From NCBI GenBank assembly GCA_000004695.1, contig CM000152.2:832001-896000 (forward strand): a stretch of DNA of 64,000 nucleotides, written 5' to 3'. How positions within the stretch are numbered: position 1 is the first letter of the stretch; every line of letters starts with the position of its first letter. Below the pieces are notes generated by a model. That model worked only from the letters and a program-made list of their open reading frames with translations, had not been told where the DNA came from and searched no databases. A program made the position numbers and the translations under genes. Source of the DNA: Dictyostelium discoideum (taxonomy: Eukaryota). Below, piece by piece: positions 13,743 through 24,931 of the stretch.

Positions 13743-16700
13743 ATGTATTATCGTAAATTTGTATTCCTTTTATTAACACTTTGTGTTTTTGGTCAAAGTT
13801 TTGTCCAATCCCGTACTGTAACACTTGATGGAACTTCTTGTGGTAAATGCCAATTGGAGTCAATGATTTCATCATTAGCTGGTGGTGCTTTAAGCTCACT
13901 TGATGATGTTGTTATCAAAGGTGTCCCAAATGCTGTCTACACAATCGCAAAACCAGTTCTCTGTCGTGCAATGAATATTACAAGTGGTACTGTCAATTTA
14001 GCATCAACTATTGATTTAAGAGGTAACTTATGGATTGCATCAGGTGCAAGCATGATCATCACTGGTGCCATTAAAAGTGTTTCCAATGTTTTCGTCACTG
14101 TTGATGGTATCGTTACAGTTAGAGGTGGTGCATCTTTAATTGCCAACTTAAACGTTAATGGTAAATTAAATATTGAAGCAGGTTCATTGACTGTCAATGG
14201 TTTCATTGCAAGTGCAACTGCCTTACCAATTGTTTCAGGTGCAGGTCAATTAATCAACAATGGTAAATGTATTTATAATGCAGTCCCAACCATCCTTGGA
14301 ACTGGTCAATTCATTGTCAATGGTGCCACTCAATTATCAAAAGGTATCACTTGTCAAGACAAAGCAATCCTCTCCATTGCATCAAAAGCAACTGTTGATA
14401 TCCTTGCCAACTCAATCTTTGCCGCTCCAATTGCAATTGCAAGCAATGCTGAAATTAAATTAACCAGTGGTAACCATGTATTCAATGGTGTAAATGGTGC
14501 AACCAACTCCATCATGACCATCGTAAATGGTGCAGTCTCATTAAATGCCCCAAGTACCTGTCACACTGTTGACCTCACTGGTGCTGGTTCAATCTTAGTT
14601 AACTCCAACTCTGTCATCAACACAATTAAAGCCGCAGCAACTGCTCAAGTTAACGTTGCCAAAGCTGGTCTCCTCAACATTAATGGTATTGCTGATATTA
14701 AAGCCATCCTCAACTTAAAAGATACTGCCAACGTTGTCGTCGCTGCCAAAGCCACTGCTAACCTCTTAGGTGGTGTTAATGCTATTGCTCAATCACAAAT
14801 TCAAGCTATGGATAGCTCTATCCTCAACATGGGTAAAACCTGTACTCTCTCACAACCAATCATCATGGGTAAACAAGCTGTTATGAACGCAATGGAAGGT
14901 ACTCACTCATGGACTCAAGGTATCACCTCCCAAGTTAACTCTATCATCAACATCGGTTCAAAATCAAATATCATCGCCAACAAAGATTGTAAATTCGGTA
15001 TCCTCAACCTTGCAACTGGTTCAAATGTAAACATCAACTCTGGTACAACCATCGTCCAAGGTGCCCTCACAACTGCTTCAAACTCTGCCCTCGCTGTTAC
15101 CAACGCTGTCCTCAACTTAAAAGCAACCTCTGTTATTAAATCTGCCTTATCCATCAATGCTCAAGCAAAAGCAATCTTTGATAGCAAAGTTGACCTCTTA
15201 GCCGGTATCACCACTCATATTGATTCAACCATCGATATTAACCATAACGTAAACATCTTAGCTTCATCCACAATTAAATCTGTCACTAACCTCAATGCCA
15301 ATGGTCTCTTAGTATTCGGTGGTTCAAAAGGTGTTAGTCACTCTTGCTCTGGTGATATCACTTCTGATGCCAAATCAACCCTCAATGTTGTTGCTGGTGC
15401 TATTCTCCATCTCGATGGTGATGCAGTTCTTGCTGGTACTCATAAATTAGTTGATGGTTCACAAATCATTGTAAACGGTAATGCTAATATCATCTCTGGT
15501 TTAACCTCAACTGGTTCAGCTCTTTCTCACTTTACTGTTGGTCCAACTGGTAGCTGTGTCCTCGGTAATACCCCAATGCCAACTCTCCCATCATTCCCAA
15601 CCATCCCAGGTTTCCCATCATTCCCATCTGCTTCTCAAAAATCATGGAGTCATCACGGTCACTCAAATAATGGTAACAACGGTAACAACGGTAACAATGG
15701 TAACAATGGTAACAATGGTAACAACGGTAACAACGGTAACAACGGTAACAACAACGGTAATAACGGTAATAACGGTAATAACGGTAACAACGGTAACAAT
15801 GGTAACAACGGTAACAATGGTAACAATGGTAACAATGGTAACAATGGTAACAACGGTAATAACGGTAACAATGGTCAATCATCAGGTTCAAACCAAATGC
15901 CATCAAGCACTATTTCATTCCCATCATCTGGTTCAGCATCATCTGGTTCATTCCCATCATCATCAACTGGTTCAAACCAAATGCCATCAAGCACTATTTC
16001 ATTCCCATCATCTGGTTCAGCCTCATCTGGTTCATTCCCATCATCTGGTTCAGCTTCATCTGGTTCATTCCCATCATCTGGTTCATCAAACAATGGTCAA
16101 ACCTCAGGAAAATCAACCACCACAACTACTACTACTTCCTCAAGCTCATCATCAAGCTCAATTACAAATATCAATGGTAATGTTATCATCCAAACTGGTG
16201 GTTCATTAGATGTTTTGGGTAAATGTAATGTTGGTTCAACTGTTCAAAACTTAGGTTCATTAACCCTCACTCAACCAATGGTCATTGCAGGTAATGCCTT
16301 CACTCAAACAAGTGCTACTGCCGTCTTAAATATGGTCGCTGGTGGTTCAATTGAATCAAAAGTTATTGATTTCACTCATGGTACCATTCAAGGTGTTGGT
16401 GCTCTTAAATGTGGTACTTGTAACTTTGCCAATAAGATCGCTGCTAACCTCAACATTGTTGGTAACGTTAAAATGGCCGCAACTGCAACTGTCTATGCAA
16501 ACATTGATGCTTTAATGTCAATCACCACCTCAACCCAAACCTCAATCTCTCAATCATCAACCAAGACTGTCAACGGTAAGACCACCACTCAATCATCATC
16601 AAGCTCATCATCATCCATCTCTAAACAATTCGTTCCAATGATCGTTTGTTCAGGTACTGCTGATGTTGCTGGTAACCTCAATGTCGTTGCCTCAGAAGCC

Positions 16701-16931
16701 AATCAAGCTAAAATTGCCTCTGGTACTGTATTCAAATTCATCTCAGCCCCAGTTGTTAAAGGTAATGTCTCCTCAGTTAGCTGTCTCACCTCAAGCACTG
16801 CTGCTGCTGCTCAACAAGCTGCCGGTGCTGCTGCTGCTGCTGCCCAAAAAGCTGCTATGGCTGCTGCCTCTAAAGTTTGGTCAATTGTAAATTCACCATG
16901 TAACTGTGAATGTGGATTGAAGAGATTATAA
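13743..16931 (+). CDS. Large secreted Asn/Gly/Ser/Thr-rich repeat protein (1062 aa; beta-helix-like N-domain, (NGN)n, Ser/Gly-rich repeats, Cys-rich C-terminal tail)
   Basis: ATG at 13743 with a signal peptide (MYYRKFVFLLLTLCVFGQSFVQS). There is a single uninterrupted ORF. It contains 27 perfect GGTAACAAC units (NGN), three SSGSNQMPSSTISFPSSGSASSGSFPSS repeats and a poly-T/S stretch. It ends CNCECGLKRL*. Confidence 0.8.
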   Translation: MYYRKFVFLLLTLCVFGQSFVQSRTVTLDGTSCGKCQLESMISSLAGGALSSLDDVVIKGVPNAVYTIAKPVLCRAMNITSGTVNLASTIDLRGNLWIASGASMIITGAIKSVSNVFVTVDGIVTVRGGASLIANLNVNGKLNIEAGSLTVNGFIASATALPIVSGAGQLINNGKCIYNAVPTILGTGQFIVNGATQLSKGITCQDKAILSIASKATVDILANSIFAAPIAIASNAEIKLTSGNHVFNGVNGATNSIMTIVNGAVSLNAPSTCHTVDLTGAGSILVNSNSVINTIKAAATAQVNVAKAGLLNINGIADIKAILNLKDTANVVVAAKATANLLGGVNAIAQSQIQAMDSSILNMGKTCTLSQPIIMGKQAVMNAMEGTHSWTQGITSQVNSIINIGSKSNIIANKDCKFGILNLATGSNVNINSGTTIVQGALTTASNSALAVTNAVLNLKATSVIKSALSINAQAKAIFDSKVDLLAGITTHIDSTIDINHNVNILASSTIKSVTNLNANGLLVFGGSKGVSHSCSGDITSDAKSTLNVVAGAILHLDGDAVLAGTHKLVDGSQIIVNGNANIISGLTSTGSALSHFTVGPTGSCVLGNTPMPTLPSFPTIPGFPSFPSASQKSWSHHGHSNNGNNGNNGNNGNNGNNGNNGNNGNNGNNNGNNGNNGNNGNNGNNGNNGNNGNNGNNGNNGNNGNNGNNGQSSGSNQMPSSTISFPSSGSASSGSFPSSSTGSNQMPSSTISFPSSGSASSGSFPSSGSASSGSFPSSGSSNNGQTSGKSTTTTTTTSSSSSSSSITNINGNVIIQTGGSLDVLGKCNVGSTVQNLGSLTLTQPMVIAGNAFTQTSATAVLNMVAGGSIESKVIDFTHGTIQGVGALKCGTCNFANKIAANLNIVGNVKMAATATVYANIDALMSITTSTQTSISQSSTKTVNGKTTTQSSSSSSSSISKQFVPMIVCSGTADVAGNLNVVASEANQAKIASGTVFKFISAPVVKGNVSSVSCLTSSTAAAAQQAAGAAAAAAQKAAMAAASKVWSIVNSPCNCECGLKRL

Positions 16932-17706
16932 ATTGATTCAACTCCTCCTCTCCAATGACAATAAATTAAAATAATACAACTCATTCTTATTTTTCTTTAT
17001 TCTAACCAATGTATTTGTCAATTAACTTATTAACTTTTTAAACACACCCTTTTCAATTTTAAAACAATAAAAATTTACATATTAAAATTTAAAAAAAAAA
17101 AAAAAAAAAATTTTATTTTATGTCTAATAAGTTCTTAATAAGAAAATTAAAAAAAATTTGAATTTTTTATTAATTAACAATCGATTTCTGATTATTCAAA
17201 AAAATTCTGGTACTAATTTTTAAACTTTGTCCTCTAGGCAAGTCGATTTCTGTCTTTTTTTTTCTCGAATAATTGTTTAATATCATTAGTGTTTAAAATT
17301 TATTCTTTTAAAAAATAGATAAAATGAGATAATTTATTTTATTTTTTCTAATATTTATTTGAGTTAATTTGAAAAGTATATTGGTTTATAATGAAATCTG
17401 TGAATTAATATTGGTTTGACCATTCATTTAAAATAAAAAAATTATAAATTTTTTTTTAATTTAATTTTTTTTTTTTAATAATCTATTCAAGTTTTAAATA
17501 ATTAAATGGTCAATATCATTGCTCAATATTTAAAAAAAAAAAACATTAGGATAAAATTTAAAAATAAATAAATGATCCAGATTTAATTCATTTTTTTTTT
17601 ATTTAAAAACTAATTAATAAAAAATAAAAAAATAGGTATTATCTATTTAATTTAAATTTTTTATTCTGTCTGCTTATTTATCTTTTTAAAAATAAAATAA
17701 TTAAAA

Positions 17707-17742
<36 letters not shown>

Positions 17743-17815
17743 AAAAAAATTTTTTCAAAAAAAAAAAAAAAAGTCCAACTTGATTAATTTTAATATAACT
17801 CTAATATGTATTAAA

Positions 17816-17932
17816 ATGAAATATTTAATAACATTACTATTTATATTCATTTTATTCAATTTTATAAATTCAATAAATGCCTACAAAGATAGAGAAATAG
17901 TTAGAACTCATTTACAAACTATTATTGGTACT
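17816..17932 (+). CDS. Type-I membrane protein, exon 1/3 (signal peptide)
   Basis: ATG at 17816 encodes MKYLITLLFIFILFNFINSINA|YKDREIVRTHLQTIIGT. A GTAAGT donor at 17933 opens an intron carrying (AAT)n. Confidence 0.5.
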
Positions 17933-18019
17933 GTAAGTACAATATATAATATAAAAAATGAACATACTTTATTTGTTGTGTTTCTTATATTAATTTTTTA
18001 TTTCTTTAAAATAATATTA

Positions 18020-18024
18020 TAATA

Positions 18025-18122
<98 letters not shown>
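18020..18122 (+). repeat. (AAT)n microsatellite inside intron 1 of the type-I membrane protein gene
   Basis: About 33 perfect aat units. Confidence 0.9.
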
Positions 18123-18149
18123 TAAAATAACAATATAAATAAAATTTAG

Positions 18150-18429
18150 TCTGGTACAGTTGACAATCATGATATATCAACTAAATTAGCACCAAGATTT
18201 AAAAGGGATTTATCAAAAAGTTTATTAGCTGTGGATTCAAAAATTAATGGTAAAAAGGTTGATATATTACCACATACACTCTATAGAATTTTATTTTCTT
18301 TTGATAATGATAAATTTAAAACTAGTTGGATTACAATTTGTGATGGAAATGGAACATATTTAAATCAAATCGATTTTTCATTCACTTATTCAAATGATAA
18401 AATTTTAGATTTAAAATGGCATTTAGATT
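18150..18429 (+). CDS. Type-I membrane protein, exon 2/3 (extracellular domain)
   Basis: Acceptor aaatttag|tctggt is in frame (phase 0) with exon 1. It encodes ...ITICDGNGTYLNQIDFSFTYSNDKILDLKWHLD. The donor T|GTATGT is at 18430. Confidence 0.5.
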
Positions 18430-18522
18430 GTATGTAAAAAAAAAAAAAATTGCATATACAAATTTATATTCATAATATTAATATATATTATTTATTGATA
18501 TTTGTTTAATTTATATAAATAG

Positions 18523-18826
18523 ATAATACAGAAGAAGTTCATCATAAAAAGAAACCAAATAATTTTTATATAAATTATAAATGGAAAGAGATTAAGGATA
18601 AAGATATTTCAAGTGGATTGTTTATTTTATTTTTATTTGGAATTTTAATTAGTTCAGTCTCTGTAATTTATATCATTTTCCAATTTACAGGTGTAAAACC
18701 TTCAAAATCATTACCATCATATTATCAAACACTAAATAGTAATTTTAATAATAATAATAATAGTAATGGAAATAATAGTTATAATAGGTCATACCAACAA
18801 AACTCATCACTACCATCACTACCATC

Positions 18827-18915
<89 letters not shown>

Positions 18916-19061
18916 ATAATTTATCACCACCACCACAACAACAACAACAACAACAACAACAATACTATCAAGAAGATAATTTTATAGATACAAGTGCAAA
19001 TGGTAGATCGCCAACTAAAAATATAAATAATCTATCACCAACAACCACAACATCACATTCA

Positions 19062-19097
<36 letters not shown>

Positions 19098-19130
19098 CAA
19101 CCAGATATATCAGAAATGGAATCTTTGTAA
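18523..19130 (+). CDS. Type-I membrane protein, exon 3/3 (TM helix, poly-Gln cytoplasmic tail, acidic C-terminus)
   Basis: Acceptor aaatag|at. It encodes a TM segment (GLFILFLFGILISSVSVIYIIF), then (CAA)n poly-Q and DDDDDDDDDEQQPDISEMESL*. Confidence 0.55.
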
Positions 19131-19200
19131 AAAATAATAAAAAAAAAAGATTAATAAAAAAAAAAAAAAAATAATTAAAAAAATTAAAAAAACACTGTGT

Positions 19201-19528
19201 TTATTTTAAATTATTTATTGTAAAATCAACGATTTTAGGTACTTGTTCCATTGCACCCATACCAATATCACCACAAAATAATTTCTTTTCAATTGGATCA
19301 ATTATAAAAACATTTGGAGAAATTGATTTTAAAGTTTCAATATGTTTAAAAGTGAATGGATTCTCCCACATCATAGTATTCATTGCGGGTGCTAAAATCA
19401 TGGATTTATTCTTATAATCCCATGCCCTAATTAATGAAGTTAATAAATTATCACATAACCCATTTGAAATTTTACCAAGTGTATTTGCTGAACATGGTGA
19501 TATTAATATTGAATTTGCCCAATTTCTT

Positions 19529-19530
<2 letters not shown>
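19201..19530 (-). CDS. Phosphopantothenoylcysteine decarboxylase, exon 2/2
   Basis: Acceptor aaaaag|TTAAGA. It encodes LRNWANSILISPCSANTLGKISNGLCDNLLTSLIRAWDY...ILAPAMNTMMWENPFT...CGDIGMGAM. These are the PPCDC signatures PAMN and the active-site Cys. Two exons give a 197-aa protein. Confidence 0.8.
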
Positions 19531-19564
<34 letters not shown>

Positions 19565-19630
19565 AAATAAATGGAAATATTTAGGTTTATATATTTTCTT
19601 GTATGTTAATATATTTATCCCAATACATAC

Positions 19631-19894
19631 ATCAATATGAAGAGCACTTCTTTTTAATAAATCTACATTTTCCCATTCATCTTTATCTTTATATATTTTA
19701 CATTTTGAAGAAATAAATTCAAAGTCTTGATCTGATAAGAATTTTAAAGAAGTTTCTGTTGGTATTACAATTAAATTAAAATGTTGAATCAATTGTTCAA
19801 CTAATAATTTAGCTTTAATTGTAGCCACACTACCAGTCAATCCTAAAATAAGATTTTTTTTGTCATTATTATAATTGTTTATAGTAATTGTCAT
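19631..19894 (-). CDS. Phosphopantothenoylcysteine decarboxylase (PPCDC, flavoprotein; CoA biosynthesis), exon 1/2
   Basis: ATG at 19894 on the minus strand. It carries the GLTGSVATIKA flavin-binding motif and ends ...RSALHID in phase 0 before a GTATGT donor. Confidence 0.8.
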
Positions 19895-20050
19895 ATTAAT
19901 AAAAAAAAGTGTTTTAAAAAAAAAAATAAAAAAAAATTTTAATAAAAAAAAAAAAAAAAAATAAAAACAAAAAATTAAAAAAAAAAATAAAACAATTATT
20001 TAAATAATTTTAAAAATAATATATGTAAAGACATGGCCTTCAAATCCTTT

Positions 20051-20088
<38 letters not shown>

Positions 20089-20175
20089 TTAGACAACATT
20101 CACAAAAATTGGGAGGGTGCGCAATAAAAAAAATTAATTTAATTTATAAATAAAAAAAATTACTAAATAATTTAT

Positions 20176-20218
20176 TTAAAAGTAAATATTTTGAACCTTT
20201 TGTTGTTGTTGTTGTTGC

Positions 20219-20249
<31 letters not shown>

Positions 20250-21620
20250 GATATTGATTTGGTTGCATCATTGGTTGATTAGGTCTCATCATATTATTAT
20301 TCATATTGTTGTTACTATTATTGAAACCCATACCATTATTCATTGGTTGTTGTTGCATACCGAATCCATTATTCATTGGTTGTTGCATGCCATTATTCAT
20401 CATACCATTATTGAATCCCATTGGTTGTTGTTGCATTCCCATTCCCATACCGTTGCTCATTGGTTGGTTAGGTCTCATCATATTATTATTCATATTGTTG
20501 TTACTATTATTGAAACCCATACCATTATTCATTGGTTGTTGTTGTTGCATACCAAAACCATTATTCATTGGTTGGTGTTGTTGTTGTTGCATCATCATCA
20601 TACTGTTATTATTATTATTCATCATCATACCATTATTATTATTATTCATCATATCATTATTGTTCATCATACCATTGTTATTTCTATTTTGAGTTGGAAC
20701 CAATGTTGATGGTGCACTCTTCATATTATTATTATTATTACTACTATTGACATTAGTATTTGGTGTGAAATTAAAATCATTGAGATTTAAACTATTTCTA
20801 TTGTTAATTACTCCATTTTCACCTTGAGAAGATTGAAATGCTGCTTTAATTTGTAATGCTTTTTCATTATATGCTGGATCGAATGGGTTATGATAATTTG
20901 ATGGATTAACTTGATTTAATGATGGTTGTTGTGATGGTGGAGGACTTGTTGTAAATCCTCCAAATGGTTGCATTGATTGTTGTTGTGGTTGTTGTTGTGA
21001 TTGTTGTTGTTGTTGTTGAGATATATTTGTTACATGGAATGGATCTAATTCAAATGATGGTTGTGATGTAGTTGGTTTATTAAAAGAGTGTTGTTGGTGA
21101 ACTTGTTGTTGTTGTTGTTGTTGTTGCTGTTGTTGTTGTTGTGGTGGTGGTGCACTACTAAATAAATCATCATCAAAATTAATTAGTTCATCATTTTTCT
21201 TATTATTATTATTATTATTACTATAACTATTACTGTTTCTACCTGTACTATTTACCATATTATCATTACCACTATTATTATTATTATTATTATTACTATT
21301 ATTATTATTATAATTATTATTGAATGAATTTGAAGAACCACCTTGAGATGAAATTCTACCACCATTACTACCAGTTTTACTACCAAAATTATTTGTATAA
21401 ACTGGATGTGGTGGTAAACCATCATCCTCTAAATCTCTTAAATACTCCTCTAAACCTTGAACTACAGTTGATGGAGCTCTTGATAATTCTGGTAAATCGA
21501 TATGGAATTTTCTACGAGAAGAACTGAAAAACTCAATGATTGCATCAGTTTCTCTCATAAATACTTTATAGACATCCAATGCTTTTGTTGCATCTCTTTT
21601 TGTCATTTTAAAATATAATT
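20176..21620 (-). CDS. clmA: AP180/CALM-type clathrin assembly protein, exon 5/5 (end of ANTH domain, then unstructured Q/N/M-rich tail with NPF and DLF motifs)
   Basis: Acceptor gtttag|AATTAT. It encodes ELYFKMTKRDATKALDVYKVF... The tail contains DDDLF (clathrin box-like) and YHNPFDP (an NPF EH-binding motif). The stop is at 20176-20178. Confidence 0.7.
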
Positions 21621-21672
21621 CTAAACATAAAATAAGCAATAGATTATTTATTTAGTATTTGTTGTTATTATT

Positions 21673-21704
<32 letters not shown>

Positions 21705-21708
21705 ATAC

Positions 21709-22132
21709 CTAAAATATTTAAAACTGCATCATTTAAATTACAATACATTTTAAAACTATCTTTTAATAATAATTCAAAAGCATTGATAGTGATGATATTA
21801 TCACAAACTTCTTCAACATGAGTTGCTAATAATGCATCGAATTGTCTTTGCATTTTTGGAATTCTTGTTAAAAGTTGTTCAATTGTTAAACCTTTTGAAG
21901 AAAAGGTATCCTTATCAAATTCTTGTCTCATCTCTCTAAATGCAAATACTTTCTCCTCTAAATAAGATGAATATCTTCTAATGAAAACAGATTGTTGATG
22001 TGCTTGAGTCGATGTCATATCTGTGAATCTTGATAATGGGAATACATTACCTCTATGTGTTAAATCCTCTAAAAATCTTGTATTACCACCTGCCAAAACT
22101 CTATGAAATACAATTAAAGTTTTTAAAACAAT
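21709..22132 (-). CDS. clmA: AP180/CALM-type clathrin assembly protein, exon 4/5
   Basis: Acceptor ttttag|ATTGTT. It encodes IVLKTLIVFHRVLAGGNTRFLEDL...FIRRYSSYLEEK...NDAVLNIL and has a GTATGT donor in phase 1. Confidence 0.7.
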
Positions 22133-22170
22133 CTAAAATTTTTTTTTTTTTTTTTTTTTTTTTCATATTG

Positions 22171-22211
<41 letters not shown>

Positions 22212-22244
22212 ATTTTTTTTTTTTTTTTTTATTATCATACATAC

Positions 22245-22333
22245 AATCCAGTCCGGTTGTTCCATTCTTTTTAATAAACTTTGATATAAATCACCAATTG
22301 GTCCAAGTCTTTCATGGGTGTAGATAATTAATT
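22245..22333 (-). CDS. clmA: AP180/CALM-type clathrin assembly protein, exon 3/5
   Basis: Acceptor aaaatag| and donor |GTATGTATG. It encodes KLIIYTHERLGPIGDLYQSLLKRMEQPDWI. Confidence 0.6.
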
Positions 22334-22449
22334 CTATTTTTAAAAATTAAATAAAATATGATATGATATGATATTGATATATGTTAATATATTTTATAAT
22401 TTTTTAGATATGAGTATATAAATAAAAAAAAATGTTATTTGCTACATAC

Positions 22450-22474
22450 TTCTAACATGTTTTTCTTTTGGAAT
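22450..22474 (-). CDS. clmA: AP180/CALM-type clathrin assembly protein, exon 2/5 (25-nt micro-exon IPKEKHVR)
   Basis: Acceptor ttaaag| and donor |GTATGT. It completes the K..KH basic patch of the ANTH domain and preserves phase. Confidence 0.55.
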
Positions 22475-22609
22475 CTTTAATGAAATAAAAAAATAAAAAT
22501 AAAAAATAAAAAATAAAAAAATTTTGATTAGTTAAAATTTATCTTAGAAAAAAAAAAAAAAAAAAATTAAAAAGATATTTATTAATTAAAAAAAAAAAAA
22601 AAAACATAC

Positions 22610-22714
22610 TCTTAACTTATGTCTGGTTGCTTTAATAACAGATCTATCCAAGTCATTAAAACTTGCCCTTACAATATTTGCTTGGTCAAGTGCTTTTCCC
22701 CATGGTGTCGACAT
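22610..22714 (-). CDS. clmA: AP180/CALM-type clathrin assembly protein (ANTH domain), exon 1/5
   Basis: ATG at 22714 on the minus strand. It encodes MSTPWGKALDQANIVRASFNDLDRSVIKATRHKLR and has a GTATGT donor. KAT.H is the ANTH PtdIns(4,5)P2-binding motif. The symbol assignment is tentative. Confidence 0.65.
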
Positions 22715-22815
22715 TTTTGTTTGTTTTTTTATATATATAAAAAAAATAACTATTATTACTTTTTATTAGTCACAAATAATAAAAAAAAAAAAAAAAAAAT
22801 GGTGAAAAATTAAAA

Positions 22816-22852
<37 letters not shown>

Positions 22853-23257
22853 AGGTGGTGAAAATAAAAAAAATAAAAAATAAAAAATAAAAAAAATAAA
22901 AATTAAAAAATATAAAAAAAATTGAAAATTAATATGCTGATAACTTCTATTTTTATTTCTATTTTTATCCAAAATAAAAAAAAAAAAAAAAAATAAATAA
23001 CAAAATAGTATTCCAGGTCTGAGTAGGAAAAAAAAAAAAAATCAAAAAAAAAAAGAAATAATATTTTTATTCTTTTTTAATGTAAATAAATTTATTTGAT
23101 TTTTTAAATAAATATATATTATACAAATATTCTAAAAATAAAATTATTTCAGATTTTTTTTTTTTTTTTCTATTTTTTTTTTTTTTTAATAATTATTATT
23201 ATTATTTTTTTTTTATTTTTTTTTTATTGTTTTTTTATTTTTTTTTTTTAAAAGTTT

Positions 23258-24931
23258 TTAAGCTTTAGTTTGTCTTGCAATTTCTTCTTTTGCTTTTTTA
23301 CCAATATTAATAACTTTACCAAAAGCGATAGTTTTGGTTGAATCACGAATAGTGAAACGAGCTAATTGTGGATTTGTAGTGAATTCTTCTAAACAAACAG
23401 CTCTACCAAGTACTAAACGACATTTAACGGCATCACCAACTTTGCAAAAGGTTGGTTTTTGTTTAATTTCAGTTGAGGTTTTAGTATCGATGGTAGCGAT
23501 TAAAGATTTGACGGTGACATCTTCGACGGCAGTATGAGCATGGAAGATGGCAGAGAAGCTTGGAGTGAATAGTCTACGTTCCTCTGGCATATCTAAAATG
23601 TAAACGATTGCTTCAATTTCAGAGACGACTGGTACTGGTCTATTGATTTCAGCGAGAATGGAACCTGGACGAATAGAATCATCACCTTCGATACCTTTGA
23701 GGGCGATGGTGATATTCTCACCAGGACGAGCAGTTTTGAAACTACAGATATCACCAGTGAGTGAGATGACTTCAACCTTTGTTTTACCAGGCATAATGTG
23801 AATGCTTTGACCAACGCTGATTGTACCAGACTCAACCTTACCAATTACATTGACGATACCTCTATCCTTGTAGGAGGTGGTGATTGGAATTCTGAGGGCA
23901 CCACCTTCATTACGTTCCATTCCTGATAAATTATCGAGGGTACCAATGAGTGATGGACCACTGTACCAATCACAAACACCAGGTGCCAATGGTGCCAAGA
24001 CATTCAATGTACCATAACCACTACCAGGAACGAAATGGAAGTCCTTCTTTGGATTCCAACCACATTTCTTCAAGTGGACTGTTAATTTATCTGTGATTTC
24101 ATCGTAACGTGCTTTGCTCCACTTTACGGTTGGTTCATCCATTTTGTTTACGAAAACGACCAAATATTTAATACCAATCATTTTTGCCAAACGAGCATGT
24201 TCAATGGTTTGACCGCCCTCTACACCTGCTTCAAATTCACCCTTCTTTGATGAGATAACCAAAATACCAACATCTGCTTGTGCTGCACCAATAATCATAT
24301 TTGGTACGTATAATCTGTGACCTGGAGCATCGAGAATGGTGTATCTCTTTTTGGTGGTTTCAAAATGTGCACGACCAACCTCTACTGTCTTACCTTTGGT
24401 ACGTTCTTCTTCGTTTGTATCCATAATGTATGCATAGATCCAACCTTCACGATGGTTCTCTTTGGCTTCTCTTTCATATTTTGCAAGAGTATGTGGATCA
24501 ACTTGTCCTGTTAAAACCATAATACTACCTGAAAGTGTTGATTTACCTGCATCTACATGTCCTAAAAATACTATATTAAGATGTTCTCTGCTATCTTCTG
24601 GTAATACTTTTACAACTTGTTCAATTTTCTCTGCAACTTCATCAACTTCATCATCATCTTCGATGTCATCATCTTCAACTTTATATACTGATTCAGTTGG
24701 TTTAATATTTTCTAAATCTTCTTCAGTTTTAATTGATGATACTGAAGTTGTAGTAGCTGTGGTAGTTGGTTCTTCTTTAGTTTCTACTGGTGCTGGTGTT
24801 GGTGTTGGTTCTGCAACAACTGGTGCTGCTACTGGTTCGGCAACAACAGCAACTGGTGCTGCTGGTGCTGGTGCTGCTGGTTTAGCAACAAATTTTGGTA
24901 CAAACGATGAAGCGTTTGGATTTAATTTCAT
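23258..24931 (-). CDS. erf3: Eukaryotic peptide chain release factor 3 (eRF3/GSPT translational GTPase)
   Basis: A single exon whose ATG is at 24931 on the minus strand. The ORF track begins 8 codons upstream at a TTG. The N-terminus carries the PAM2 PABP-binding motif (KLNPNASSFVP). The G-domain has GHVDAGKST, DAPGH and NKMD, and EF1A-like domains II and III follow. It is closest to eRF3 among the EF1A paralogues (Hbs1 is the alternative). Confidence 0.8.
   Translation of the reverse strand: MKLNPNASSFVPKFVAKPAAPAPAAPVAVVAEPVAAPVVAEPTPTPAPVETKEEPTTTATTTSVSSIKTEEDLENIKPTESVYKVEDDDIEDDDEVDEVAEKIEQVVKVLPEDSREHLNIVFLGHVDAGKSTLSGSIMVLTGQVDPHTLAKYEREAKENHREGWIYAYIMDTNEEERTKGKTVEVGRAHFETTKKRYTILDAPGHRLYVPNMIIGAAQADVGILVISSKKGEFEAGVEGGQTIEHARLAKMIGIKYLVVFVNKMDEPTVKWSKARYDEITDKLTVHLKKCGWNPKKDFHFVPGSGYGTLNVLAPLAPGVCDWYSGPSLIGTLDNLSGMERNEGGALRIPITTSYKDRGIVNVIGKVESGTISVGQSIHIMPGKTKVEVISLTGDICSFKTARPGENITIALKGIEGDDSIRPGSILAEINRPVPVVSEIEAIVYILDMPEERRLFTPSFSAIFHAHTAVEDVTVKSLIATIDTKTSTEIKQKPTFCKVGDAVKCRLVLGRAVCLEEFTTNPQLARFTIRDSTKTIAFGKVINIGKKAKEEIARQTKA

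Noticed and set aside
20191-20750. Plus-strand ORFs (poly-Leu/His/Cys) opposite the AP180 tail
   Set aside because: They are antisense to the Q/N/M-rich repeats of the AP180 C-terminus.
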